Assembly (NCBI GenBank): GCA_028023455.1
Contig: JAQFVV010000009.1
Coordinates: 12,276,001 to 12,340,000, forward strand
Origin: Epiperipatus broadwayi
Lineage: Eukaryota > Animalia > Onychophora
DNA: 64,000 nt
Direction of reading: 5' to 3'
Numbering within the stretch: position 1 is the first letter of the stretch; each line of letters opens with the position of its first letter. The notes below the pieces were generated by a model that saw nothing but the letters and a program-made list of their open reading frames with translations, did not search any database and was not told where the DNA came from. This document shows positions 13,611-27,307 of this stretch, piece by piece. The position numbers and the translations under genes are program-made.

Positions 13611-14895
13611 TCACATTCTGCTTAGAAAATGTAACTTTTACTTAATATATTTTTTATCTACAAAGAATAAAACATTGAAAGCCCCAAAGTTATATATATA
13701 TAGTTACATTTGAAAACTAATATTAAGAATGAAATCATTGTCTGCATCCTTTAAAATTTGCCAACTCTCTATTTTACATTCATACCCCCACAAATATATA
13801 TATATATACATTTATTGTTCTTAATTGCTCTGTACCTTTTAATAAATTCATTTTTTTGTAATATCAAAAATATTAATATTATTAATGTTGTATGTCAGTT
13901 ATGAGTTTGATAGAAATTTATTAGTGTTTTAATGTTTGCCTCAATGTTTAAAAACAGGTGTCATAAATCTCATCATTATAAAATTTGTAAATATTTGTTT
14001 TTTATTTTGGCAAAAGTTGAAAATCAACATTTTAACTTCATTCTACCAAATGTGACATTTAGAAGTGAAATTAATAGCTTTTTACCAATCCCTCCACAAA
14101 ACAGGATAACAATTATATATTCCTTGCTAAAAATTTTGATAATAATTTTTCAGTTTTGGCTTCCTTTCATTTTGTAAATTTTTTTTTCTGGCAAATTTTT
14201 ATCATCTTCATTCTTTAAAAATAACATTATCAAATTCAAAATTTTCATTAAAGAGAGTTGCTAGAATCTTTTTAACATATTTTCTGCAGCATTTCAAATG
14301 ATTGCAAAAATCTGCAGTGTGCTCTCATCTCATCAAATAGTTTGAACAGTTTTAGAAATTGTTATAATTTATATTGTCCTATATCATTATAAATCTAGCT
14401 TTAATGAGATTCACTTAATTTTTTGAAACTGAAAATTCATGTTTTTTAATTTTGCAAATAAATCTGTTAGTTAAGCAGTGTGTTTTGTGGTTATTATTGA
14501 TATTATTTTATATGTCTTGAAAAAAGTTCTACAATGATATCAAATAGTTTATAAAGTTGTCTAATACAAGTTATGCCATGAGCCAAGAGTTTTTTGCAAA
14601 CAGATATGATATAATGAATAATTACAACAAGCATATATATATATAACATCACTTAATTTAACTAATAATTGGCTAATAAAAAATGAATAGAAAATTATAT
14701 ATTATATGTTTATACAGTTGTTGTTTTTTAAATTCTAGTTAATATTATATAAAAAGGATGAATTCACTATGTATGCAATGTAAATTGAATCTTTAAAATA
14801 GAGCAAAAAAGAATATTTGCCAAAAAAACCTTTTCTGTATTATTTTTATTATATATACAAATATTGTTGTTATATGAATGCCTAATTGCTTAGTA

Positions 14896-15360
14896 CAGGG
14901 GTGGGCAAATAGTGGCCCATGGGCCACATGCAGCCCTCTAAGAGTTTTTTTGTGACCCACCAAAACAGAAAAATCCACCTTGAACTGAGATTTCCTTCCT
15001 GTGTGTGGCCAAAAATTCATCTTGTATTTTCCACTAGGACGAACATGTCAGTACGCATGCGCATTGTAGATACGATGTGCAGTGCTTTTCCGGTTGATCT
15101 GGTTAATATCAATTTTTAGTGAAATCATGAACTCTCCGAAAAAATGTAAAATCAGTGATGTATGTCATGTGTTTAATGAAGAATGGACAAACAAATATTT
15201 ATTTGGTAATACAGGGAATGAAGCAGTGTTTATTGGGTCATGAAAAAAAGATGTGGCTCCTCGCTAACCTCCACTTCTACAAAATGGCCTCCAATGTGTC
15301 CCTCCGCTAACATCCACTTCCATTAAGTGGCCCCTGAGCCAAAACAATTGCCCACCCCTG
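14896..15360 (+). mobile_element. hAT (Charlie/Buster-like) internally deleted element
   Basis: TIRs CAGGGGTGGGCAA / TTGCCCACCCCTG. 8-bp TSD gcttagta (14888-14895) / gcttagga (15361-15368). Internal MNSPKKCKISDVCHVFNEEWTNK resembles the N-terminus of Charlie/GTF2IRD2-type transposases. Confidence 0.9.
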
Positions 15361-18189
15361 GCTTAGGAGTTTATGTGACATTCAAGTATCATAATTAATA
15401 GACTAAATGTAGATTCAATGATATTTAGCTCTTGAATCTGTTAATTCTCCCACTTTATTAAGCTGTCCAAAGCACAATGAATAATAGTAAATATAGATAC
15501 AAAATATTTAATAAATAAGCTATAATGGTCAATCATTGGTGTTTGTATTTATTGTTTAGACTATTTCCATCATCAAATATGAGTATTGAATGTCTTTAGA
15601 AAAATTTTATTTTATTTAAATACTCCAAATACTGTCAACTATTAGTAATAGCACATAAACAGGTTAAATAAAATTAAATTTTTTTAAAGACATTGTACTT
15701 TTATTAAATGATGGAAATAGTTCAAACAGTAAATACAATTAAAACACCATCATCACAAACTTTCAAAAAAACAATCATTGCTGGTATTTCATTAGTTGAT
15801 CAAGCAAATATATTTGTTTTTTGTTGATGTTTTTTTTTTTAACCTTTAAAAATTGTTTAGTGAGGCAAAATAGAATAATCTTTTATTTAGGTTTTTTTAC
15901 AAATTGATTTTATTATATTATATGGTGTTGTGTAAAACTTAATAATTTCAGAAACACCAAATTGCATGTGTCTCTTCATCTTTATTGTTCAATACTGAAA
16001 TATTGTGTAAAGTTACAAATGATAATTTTATTGTGATATATAAGAATACTTGTTTTATTAATGGTAATCATTTTTTTAATTTGACTTGATTTTGAAAGAA
16101 AATCATTATTTGCCTCATCTGGATGAATCTTTTTCAAACATTCAAGTAGTTTGAGCATTTCAGTCTCATTTGGAAATATCTTTATATGTATACATATATT
16201 GATGGTTATTTATTTGTTGGTACAAATATAAAAATCATATTTATATAGTCAAAATGCAATTGTCTACTTTTTTTTTTTTTAGTTTTAGCCTCTTTTTTTT
16301 TTTTGTAAAATAAATAAATTCAATACAATATTAAAACTATTTAATAATTTTAAAGATTTGAGATTATTTTTTTATGTGCGAATAGTTCAGTTTTCATTGT
16401 TCAGCATATTTATTTAAAAAAATAAGGCTAATCTTATAAATCATAAAGAAATAATTGATTTTCATAATAATGAATTAATAAGGGACAGTATAATAATTGT
16501 ATAATGATAACTGCTAAATTAAATTTTTGTATAAAATATTTTCTTATTGAAATAGTAATAATTTTTTTTTTTACTTTTAATAATATATATTTATTTATAA
16601 TGAAAACTTTTACAATAGAATTGCTCCCTCCAAATGTGAAATCTATGAATAAAACATAGAATAAAGAAGTCGAAGTCGTAAAAAGTAACAATTAACGGGT
16701 GACAAGAAATTTAAGTAAACATGATGCAGTATGTATAATTGACAACTAAGAATAATACTCCTTTTTTGTTGTTGTTGTTTTGATTTCTGTTTGAATTAGA
16801 AATTTATCTTGTAATTATGTAAATATGTTGTGTTTTAATAAAGCTATGAGTATGAGATTCCAACATTAAATCTCGAAAACGCTAAACAGACCTATTACAC
16901 ATTATAGTATAATTATAACTTCACTATTTAATGCGGGGGGGGGGGGAGTCACATATTTATAATTAAAGCTTATTACTTAAAATTAAATATATATATAATC
17001 AATCATTAAACAAGGTCTAGTGCCTCTCATTCTACTGAGAATTATAATTATGAATAAGACAATCAATGAAGGCCAGAGTATATTAGTTCAAGAATGCAGT
17101 GTTCAAGTATGACCACTTGTCTTCGATTTTTTTTTTTTTTTTTTGATGAATAGCCTTTGTCCTTTTCTTGATTTTCTCCAAGCTGTTACAAAACAATTGA
17201 ACTACTTCTGATTCTGATTTTCCAATAACTATCTTACATCTGGTTTTTCATAATGAGAATATGGTGAAGATTGCCATTCTGATCAATAGTTATTTGACAA
17301 TACAATAAAATTGTTCAATATAAAAACTGAAGACAGACAAATATATGTGCAGAAAATGATTATGAATACAGTGTTTTTATGATCATCTCTAAATTTGCAT
17401 ACCATTAGCTATTGCTTATAATGACTTAGGTATTGTGATTTGCTATTTTATCTCCTCAACTTTCAGAAAGATAAAAATATTTTCCAAATGAGGATATTGC
17501 ACACTTTCAAAAACATTATTTTAGACAATTGCTTTCAGATTGCTTTTTTTTAATAGTTTGAAGATGATTGGCTAGAACAATCAAAATGTCACATACATAA
17601 TAATAAAAAGTGCACTAAAACTATTACTTGTAATGATTTATTATAGTATCTGTATAGTTAAATAACCTTGAAATAGCCTTCTGAGATAAAGGCATCTCTT
17701 AAAATTTTTCTTAATAGAATAAAAGCATCATGTATGGACTTAGTTGTTGTCAAGAAATGAGGGTTTAAGGATTTTTCCATATATATTTATTCTTCATTTA
17801 CTAATTAATATTGGATGATTATTTGGGTTAGCTATATTAAAAAAATCCTAAGTTTAATTGGAACCTAATATTTTGTTTCAAATTTACCTAGCTCCGATTT
17901 GAATCATAGATCATAAGCATGGTGAGAAAATCTACTGTCATAGCTGCACAAGACTTTGTATACAATGTAAATATTATAATAAATCACAGTAAACTAATAA
18001 TGCAATTCATGTCTAAAGTCCTACTGATTTTTGTCTGTTTGGCTTTCATTAAAAACATGTTGATCAAATATTGTAGTTGATTAATCCAAGAGGCTGACTG
18101 TGTTTAATCAATCATGATCCTAATATTAAGTTGAATCGTGACTGATGCTTCAAAAAATTACTTTAAACTTCCTCTTGGGATAGTTCCCA

Positions 18190-19841
18190 ATGGGAAGAAA
18201 AGCTAAGAAGACTCAGGAGGATAAGGTGAGTAAGTTGAAAGATAATTATAATATTACAGGGGTCCAAGTTGATCAAAGTTGCCAGAATAAAAGCCAACAT
18301 TAACTTAATTGAAAATGGTGCTGCAAAGAATCAGAAGCCCTCCACGAATCCAGCCAATTTTAAACATGAATTAAGAAAGACAAGCAGCAATCCTGAATTA
18401 AATATTCCCGAAAATTGTGTAGATGTAAAAGTAAAATTTAAAAAAGCAAGATATTGCTCCCCAGCTGCAAAAGAAAATGGTAATTTTTCAGGCCAATTAA
18501 GCCCAAATTGTAAAAGAGATCCTAAACTAAGTGCTGACGTGAAGAAAAAGAACTAATAGTACTAATGGTGTTATTCAATCTGAAATGGTGATAAATGAAA
18601 ACCAATACAATAATCAGTATCCCACTATCCTAGACAGTCAGAAAATTGACAGTAAAATAGCTCCGCAAAAAGTACTTGAAATCAATTACAATCCGACGCA
18701 ATTTGTGGATCTATATGATAAGTTACTTGAAGCTCAAAATTTACATCATATCTCTTCGAAAACATTCATTAAGTTATCATATTGGAAAAAAAACTTTATT
18801 AATTGCATGACTCCAAATACTTTATTAATTGCATGACTCCAAATACTTTTATCTTAAGTTTTGATATTATAAACAAATGAAAAGATTGGAGAATACATTC
18901 TGGATAGACCCAACTTAAATGAGTATTTTAAATTGCTTAGTCAAAATGACTTAATACAATCGATTAAACATACTGCATTATTCCCAGCATTAGGTTTTAT
19001 TTCCGTCGAATATTTTACTAAGGACCAGAAAGAAAAAGATCCTAATCTCTTAGTATATGGTATGGTTTTGCATACCCCCCCCAAACTTTAACTTAATAAC
19101 TTCGCTGAAATAATTATAATGGAAAGGGAAATGACGCCTGATATTTCATTCCAAATCCCTACAAATTCATGGAAAGCAGTTCTTGAACTAGAAAAAGTTA
19201 TTACCAAAGAACAATTACCGCATATATTATTGAAAGACCAAATGCCAATCTCCATTATTTTGAAGGGTAGGCCTCTCTTATGCTTTAGGTGTAATAGAGT
19301 GGGTCATATTGCTGCAATGTGTGAAGTGGGAAATTGTCCAAAGTGTAATAGGTTTGATAGAGTCAATCATTTCTGTGACACAAGTAATGTCAAGATATGG
19401 ACAAGCATGGTAAATGGCGATAATAATAAAAATACAAATAATTGTAAACTCTTTATAGATGAAATTGATGTGAACACTAGTCAAGCCCCTCAGCATTCAG
19501 AATCAATATTTCCCATAAACAAACCTGTCACCAATCAGCAAGAAATGGAGAGCTCTAATGATATTGTGTTGGTGCAGGAGATGGTGAGCTTAAATGACCT
19601 TGAATCCATTACTAAAAGCCTATATCCTGAGCTAATCCCTGCAGATGAAACTCAAGTTGACAACAACAATGCTCGGAATAACCATATAATGGTGCAAACA
19701 TGTAGTAAAATTAATGAGTCTATTCCCGGGATTAAACATTTCAATCATTTGAGTCAAATTAAGTTAAATAGTCAAGACGATAGTGTTCAGAATAATCGTA
19801 TAATACCAAAATGTGTAGTAATAATAATGAGGCCAATTTAG
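18190..19841 (+). pseudogene. LINE ORF1 (gag-like, zinc knuckle), fragmented
   Basis: Pieces 18269-18556, 18585-18836 and 19119-19841. CFRCNRVGHIAAMC is a CX2CX4HX4C knuckle, followed by a degenerate second knuckle CPKCNRFDRVNHFC. A 26-bp tandem duplication at ~18794-18850 shifts the frame. Confidence 0.8.
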
Positions 19842-19993
19842 AGATAGATCATCTTGAATCAGTGAACCAAAATAAGTTAAATAGTCAAGATGAGCATTCA
19901 AAATAGGTTTAAATAACACATGTATGAATGATAGTACGAATAGAATCTTAAAAGATACTAATTGCAGTTGGCAACCAATCAATTTTGTTAATT

Positions 19994-22900
19994 ATGAATA
20001 ACTGTCTTAAAATACTATCACTTAATATTAGGGGTTTAAATGGCCCTGGTAAAATAGATAGAATTGTTGATTATTTATCCAAACAGTTCTCCTTTTTAAG
20101 GCAAATGATAGGCCTGCCCAAGGTACTGCCGCTTTAATATATATGTATGCTGAGATTGAGAAGATTCAATTGTTGACATTACACATAAACTATGTTGTGC
20201 TTTCATTTGTTTTTCAAGACAAATTGCATTACTTGATTGGGGTTTACTCTATTGCTAAGAGTAATGATATTATAAAAATCATTCACAACATACAAAGCAA
20301 ATTGTTAACAAAACCTGGCATTGTAATACTAGGAGGTGACCTTAATTGCACATTCAGAAGTATACTGATAGCCTTGATAGATAAAATGAATGATGTATCA
20401 CTATATCCATTAAACGACAGATATCCAGATGGCACTTACACATTCTTCAATAGTAGATTCTCTCTTATAGACTTGTTCTTTGTTTCTGCACTTAAATGAG
20501 ATGAAGATTAATATATCTCTTGTTGGGTTTTAAGACCACCTATGTGTAAACCTAAAACTTTATAACTATGGACTAGTGAGAAATCAATATAGATATTCAA
20601 TTATGAGAAATATACGAGATAACATTGAGTTCACGATGGACCAGTTGGCAGTTACCCTGATTTTTATTAATTATTATATACTGTAACATTTATTTATATA
20701 CGTTGCAAATGTATTGGCATTTGGTAAAAGCTAAAAACAAAAATAAAAGTAAATTTAGATTTTTTTTTTTTACTATAATTTTTTTTTAAAAAAAAAACGT
20801 ACAATGAAAGTTAAATTATTCTTTCGTATATTTTTTAATGGTAATTAGAAATAAAAGTAGAATTGGAGAGAACAAAAGAATTCCAAAAGCAAGTAAAAAG
20901 ATAAGCTAAAAGAAAAATATTTTGGCTAATTAAAGATGGCCGAAAAACTTGATAAAAAAAAAGAGAACTTTATAATGTAAATTTTATAAAGAATCTACAA
21001 GATTATGAACCAAAAAAATGCCATGATAATAGCTTGCGCAGAAGTCGGAAAACTGGGCCTCTAGTATAAAAGGCAGAGGTCAGTTTGAAGAATGTCTTGT
21101 TTCGTTTGTTTCTCTAGTCGGTCCTGGATAACAATAATACATTCAGGATCGCTCTACACTGAAATGATTCGGCATGTCGGAGTGAACCGGAGCTTCTGTG
21201 GACATCATGCCTGAAGATGTACTTCAGAAAAGCCTTCGTGACCGACTAGGAGAATGGACCACAAGATCAAAGAATAACCAAAAGGCCGAGCTCATTCTAC
21301 CCAAAAAACTATACATAGTTATCTACAACCATCGTGAATTCACTAAACTTACCGGTAAGTTATGCTTCATTACTCCTGATTGTGACCAAATTAAACGTTT
21401 TCAAACAATTTCTAAAAGTGTGTTTAAACAATCCCGATAGAGACATTTAATTTTCTTGTACAAGAGACATTCATTTTTAAGGAACTTTCTAGAAGAAATT
21501 TGGAAGTGAACAGTAATTGTAAAATTGTTTTTTATTAATTGATTCACGTCTGAATTAAGTGTGTTCTCTCTAATTTAATTGATAAATAATTTATTTCAAA
21601 TATTTTTTTAATCTATTAGAATAAAAATATTTCTAATACCAATTTTCATTTGTGCGTTATTAATAATAGTTATTATTTTTTATTATTAAATTTATTATTA
21701 GTTTAATAAGATTTAAAACGTAATTTACCTTTGCCAATATGTTTCAATAAGCCCAGGAATAATAATCTTAAAAAATAATTCGGTATGATGTAATATCGAT
21801 TAGTTTAAAAGTTTTTTTTTTTTTATTCGTGAGACGTTATTTGACGATTTCAGCAGACTCTTTAGAATAAAAGGTCCTGGCACCCATATTAAATAAATTA
21901 AAAGCTGATTTCATCGATAGCATAATTCTCAACAATTAATTGGCCGAGTTGATCAGGAAATATAGCTATGTTTTTTTTTAGAAATAGAAATACAACTTTC
22001 TTCTTTTTGACATAACTTGATCAACTCGTGCACATTTGTAATGCGTGTAGAGGCCTAACAAAACAGAAAATGTTACAATATGGTGCTCCAGATTGCCACC
22101 CTGCATTGCTTGGATTCAATTAAAAAAGAACTCTCCCATATATGTTATAAAAACTCCCAATGATTGTTATCAGTTAATCAAATGAAAAATAGAATCTCTG
22201 AAATTCAGAGAGCTCTCTATGAGATTACTTAAGTCAAACCTAATCACGAATTAGTTAATAGCTTTCAAGAAGAATACAATAGCTTATATTAGCTTATGCA
22301 CAAGAAACACAAACAGTATGGTTCAGGAAATTAATTCCTAACTTGAGTCTCTTATCAAAACCTATGATAAACTATGGGAAGATTTATATCCCACACACTA
22401 AGGGTATCTCTGCTATTAAGAAAGATGATAATAGCCTAGCCTCTGGAATCTATGCAGATTCTTATATTTTAGAAAAGTTAAAAACAAAATTTAGTAAGAG
22501 CAATGTTTTCATTAATCAGTTACAAAAAGGGTATATTAGAATCCAGGAAATTCAAGAAGAGATTAATAACCTTAAAGTACAAATAATAATGGCAAATGAC
22601 ACAATTCGTGCTTCTGTTTATAAACAGATGGATTATGTTCTTAAATTCTCAATATGGAAATATTTCAACCAGTTGTGCTATGAGAAAATTGAATGGTCTT
22701 TCATGAATAACAGGGTTATTTTCAGCCTCAAAAAAGAGAAGAGGATGTAAATACCAACAATTAATGATTTGAGACACATATCAGTAGAAGACATAGATTC
22801 CAAGATTCTAGCTAGAATTCTCTTGAAGAGATTATATCATCATATTGATTCCAGAATATCAATGGCATATCATGCAATCAAAGGTAGGTGTGCAATAAAT

Positions 22901-24490
22901 ACTGCAATAAAAATTCAGGAAGTTATTAAATATGCCAGGGAATTAAACTTAACCCAATATTATGCTGCTCAAATAGATTTTAAGGTTGCCTTTGACCTAG
23001 TTGATTGGTATTTTCTCATATAGGCCCTCTGACTTATAATTCCGGATCCACCCATATTTGTTGAATGCTGTTGAAACTAGATAACAAATGGTCATATATC
23101 AATTAAAAACTTCATGAGATCTAATTTTTTCATACTTAAAAGGGGTATACCTCAGGGCTCACCCTTAGCTGCTCTTCCCTTTGCTCTTTATATTGACCCC
23201 CTCATTCAAGAGATTGAGAATCATGTATATGGTCTTTTTCTCCCACATCCGGGTGTGGCCATTACTGTAACTGCATTCATTGATGATGATATAATATTTC
23301 AGGACTGCTATAACATCCAGCATGTAATGAATATTTTAAACAAGTTTCAGTCTGAAACCGGATCCATCATTCAACCACCCATGACAGCAGCCTGGCAATT
23401 AGCCTCAGTAAAAAATGCCATCCAACATTTTAGCCCCCACCTTCCTGGATATACCATTATATTTGTGCAAAACAAAGTTGAACAGTTATTTGAATAAATT
23501 AAATTATTGAAAAATTGAAGCTAAATAATTATCTTCTCGTCGATTAAGCTATATGAAATTACAAGGGCCTTGATTTCAATGCTATCACATCAGAGATCCT
23601 GGCATATTATGCCCCGGTTAACACTATACAACACAACAATCCTTAGAATAAACAAGAAATTGCAAGGAAATATGTCTGGAGTGGTACATCAAGATGGGTT
23701 TTGATTACAACCATGCAGTTACCTATAAATAAGGGAAGGCTTAATCTGATAGATCTCATGCTATATGTATCTTATATGAAGGTGAGAACATATATTAATA
23801 TAATTAAAAGTCCGTGCTTTAGCCTTTCTGATGTCCATATACACATTCGTAGGGACATTACCGCACACGGTATTTCATTTGTGGCTGACATATCAATTGC
23901 ATACAGGGATCTGCAGAATGATCTTAACGTCCCCGTCCTTCAGGGAATTAAATATAAAGATGTAATAAATCACCTTGTCCCACGATAATCCCTCATTAGA
24001 CATTTCAAAAAAGTGTGTACTGAAGAACTTCTACTCTTTACATGTTTGTTCTCAATAACTACAGTACTAAATCAAAAACTACACATGAATTTGGGTCCCA
24101 CCTGTTTCCTATGCAAGACTGGTGAAGAAATGTTCCAGCATTTATTCGAGGATTGCTTAGCATTTAAGCAAATAAGATCAAGGGTGTACCCTGAAAACCA
24201 TTTGGACAATGTGATGCAATATGATCTTCAATAACAAAAAGTTCAACTGGCTAAAAAAACTTGATAGTGAATGGGAAATGTATTACAACCAATGCCTGGG
24301 ACTCTTGCCTAGGGAAACCATGGAAACTATTTGGGGAGGCCCTGGTATAACAATCTGTCAAATTATAAGATAGGGTAGTTGCCCTTTGTGTAATATTGGG
24401 CATTTGCCTTCTTTGATTTCTTAAATAAACCTCGACCTTATCAGCCATCTGAACTGTTAGAGCTGAGCTCTGTATTGGCATTTAAAAATG
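19994..24490 (+). pseudogene. LINE ORF2 (APE endonuclease, reverse transcriptase, CCHC), disrupted
   Basis: APE motifs MNNCLKILSLNIRGLNG, VILGGDLNC, YTFFNSRFSLIDLFFVS, *DH(SDH). RT motifs RHISVEDIDSKILARILLKRL, IDFKVAFDLVDW, RGIPQGSPLAALPFALYIDPL, AFIDDD. LPINKGRLNLIDL resembles the Tx1/L1 LPxxxGGLGL motif. C-terminal CFLCKTGEEMFQHLFEDC. Split by the 20632-22030 insertion. Confidence 0.88.
20632..22030. mobile_element. 1.4-kb non-autonomous DNA-transposon-like insertion nested in LINE ORF2 (CAC...GTG ends, Transib/Chapaev-like or unclassified)
   Basis: Ends CACGATGGACCAG... and ...TTGATCAACTCGTG form an imperfect inverted pair. Removing it rejoins ORF2 in frame (NIEF|TFVMRV...HCLDSIKKE). 11-bp subterminal inverted repeat at 21945-21955 / 22018-22028. 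No clear TSD. Confidence 0.65.
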
Positions 24491-26875
24491 TAATGGATGA
24501 TTGATACCTGTATATATATGTTATTACTTTTTTTTATTCTTTCTTTGCATGTTAATAAAGATTTGCATATTAAAAAAATAAAAATGGTAAAACCAAATCA
24601 TTGTATAAGTTCATAATTCTGCATTTAAAAAACTTGCATTTCCACAAACTACAAGAAATTAAATACAATCTAATGAAGAATACTAACTAGCATAACTTTC
24701 ATCAGCTAACTATATCTATTTAAATGAAAGAGACCTTTCCAATTTTCACAACACATTTCCATTATTAGTTTATCATTCTTTTATCTTTTAAAAACATTTC
24801 TTAAGCATTGTATTCTGAATATCTAATTTAGGATATCGTTCTAATTAATTAGACTATTCTGTCAGACTTGTTAACTAATTTTGAATCTGTTCAGACCAAT
24901 AATATTTGAAAAAGAGAGAAAAATAATACATTTGAAGTTGTATATATTTAATGTTTTTAGAAAACATTTAACAATTCATTCAGATAATAGAAATAGTCTC
25001 ATCATATAATTACAACACTTCAGACAAATAAATTTATTATATAGCCTGAATAAATAACAAATATTTCCTTATTTATTTAGAAATAAATTTAAATTAAGGA
25101 AATTTTGCATCCTTTAAAAATATTAAAGTGAATATTTTTTTTAATTAATATCGGTTTGTATCTTTTTATTTGTTTTCTGATTCTTATTTTAATATCATCA
25201 GCGAATCTCTCTTCTTCTTTTTTTTAGTTTTACTTCACCTTATTACAGTCACATATTTAGCACAATTTGTTAGTTTTGTTTTTGTTCTTTAATTAAATAA
25301 ACAAAACTGTGCATAACTTATTGAGGAATTGCTGTTAGGTAAGATAAAAAATAGCATGTGAGTCTTATTCTCTCTCTACTAATTGATATTTGCAATAAAT
25401 AATGCTGAAAACAGTATATAGTCTCATAGCCATAGTGCACTGAATTCTTCAGATAAAGGAATTATTTAATGTAACAGTTGACTCAAATTTGAAATTTAGG
25501 TGAAGGAAGAAAAGAATACAGTTGATCTTGGATTATGTTGCAAGTGTTTTAAACACTTTTGAAAATTGACAATCATATGCACCTTCCAATTCTTATTTTG
25601 TATATTATAATCTGGAGGAATGTGTATGTCAAGTTCTATATATGAAAGGAGGCAAAGCAAACAAGAATTACTACTATATCATCATTTGTGTTAATTTGCC
25701 ATGGTTTCTTCCTTTAATGTGATTTATTCTAACATCTTATATTTTATTATGTAGTTGTAATGTGATAGTGAATAAGCTCTTTTTTTTTTTTTTACAAATT
25801 TATAATCTTTTCATTTTAATTTTTAATTCATTAATAACTTCAAGTCATTAGTAATATTATTACTATTCCCTATTATATGTGGCTTATATGTTCTACTTAA
25901 GAGGTATTATTTATTTCAAGAATGGCATAATTTTAATTAGTTTAATAAATAAGTTTTGCTTCTTTCTTACCTGTGATTCACCCCCTCCTCCCATCTTGTC
26001 TGTCTATATATATATATATAATAGTTGCAGACATTTTTGCTTTACAAAAAATTTCACATTCACTGAGACAACTAATCTTATAATAGAAACCATTAATAGC
26101 TTCAATTGAAGAATTATAAAAATCATTAAAATCAAAGCTTATATTGTCTATGTATATAATGATTAGTTACAAATTGTTCTAGGGAGATATTAATATAATT
26201 GGAGATCTTCATATTTTATGTAAATAAAAATGATAATGGTAAACCTGAGCTTAATGCCATTATTCCTTTTCATTTCATTAATGATGAAAGTTGCACCATC
26301 ATATTTTTCTTTTTTTACTATCAGTGTATTGACACATCAATTTCTGATTATTCTGGGACTATACTATTCCACCTAAGAATAGCTAGATTCACATTTACCA
26401 ACAAATATTCTATGGCTATCTTGCTTTGCTATGAATGAGTAATATAAATAACATAGCTTCAATAATCCAAATAATAACTTGATAGCTAAAGATTCACAGA
26501 AAAATTTTCAGTTGAGAAGTTTGAGTGCAGTGTAAATCAGTCCATCAATTTGATACTCAAATATCACATGATTTCTTAAGCAACATGTTATACAATTATT
26601 ATTAATGTAAGCATACACTAAAATTTAATAAATGATATTGTCAAATTCAAAGTGGTATTGTTATTATTTTTAAATGTTCTTTAAGATTGATTCATATTAT
26701 TAATAACTTAAACCACTAAACATCACATGATCCCCACCTCTTATGCTAACACATAACTGTTATTAAACAGGTAAAATTTTCCATACAGTAGTGCTACTCT
26801 CTGCCAACCAGAGTAATCAATGGATGCCAGAAGTCTTGTGCATAAAATCCCCATCTAGTGCCTACTCATCCAATA

Positions 26876-26917
26876 TCCCCAGACTAGTTTCTGGCTTGTG
26901 GCCTTTGTCAGTGAGGA
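26876..26917 (-). ncRNA. Hammerhead-like motif, degenerate core (CUGACAA)
   Basis: Reverse complement reads UCCUCA-CUGACAA-AGGCCACAAGCCA-GAAAC-UA-GUC-UGGGGA. G8>A is predicted to inactivate it. Confidence 0.55.
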
Positions 26918-27307
26918 GCCTTGTATCTGAGAGCACTGCACCTAGATCTTATGATCTAATGCAACCCTTCAGCAGTCACCTTTTATCTCTACTTAACTAC
27001 AAAACTATGAGAATGAAATTGAAAACACAATAAAATTTTCAATCTAAGCTCAATAGCTTATATAACCATATAAGTCTAATAGGATAGTGGTGGCTATGGT
27101 TATTAAAGAGCCAAAGATGCCAAAATGTATGGGTGCTGAACTGAGTTCAGACCCATATGATTATATAAGCTATTGAACTTAGATTGAAAATATTATTGTG
27201 TTTCAATTTCATGCTCATAGTTTTGTAGTTAAGTAGAGATAAAAGGTGGTTGCTAGAGGGTTGCATTAGATCCTAAGATCTAGATGCAGTGCTCTCAGAT
27301 CCAAAGC

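Larger units (their letters stand above)
18190..24584 (+). mobile_element. Decayed near-full-length non-LTR retrotransposon, L1/Tx1-type
   Basis: ORF1 remnants with CCHC knuckle, ORF2 with APE, RT and C-terminal CCHC, AATAAA at 24554-24559 followed by an A-rich tail (24572-24584). Many stops and frameshifts. 5' boundary approximate (first ATG at 18190); no TSD found. Confidence 0.9.

Noticed and set aside
4405-17000. 60-97 aa hydrophobic ORFs (4405, 7651, 8143, 9676, 11167, 13932, 16434 and others)
   Set aside because: F/I/L/K/Y-biased translations of AT-rich DNA with no motifs or consistent splice structure.
21211-21230. CTGAAGA...CAGAAA as a hammerhead
   Set aside because: It is a simple CTGAAG/CTTCAG palindrome; helices I and III cannot form.
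26791-27033. 80-aa ORF in the fold-back arm
   Set aside because: It is antisense to the hammerhead orientation, is not conserved as an ORF in the other copies and has no recognisable domain.
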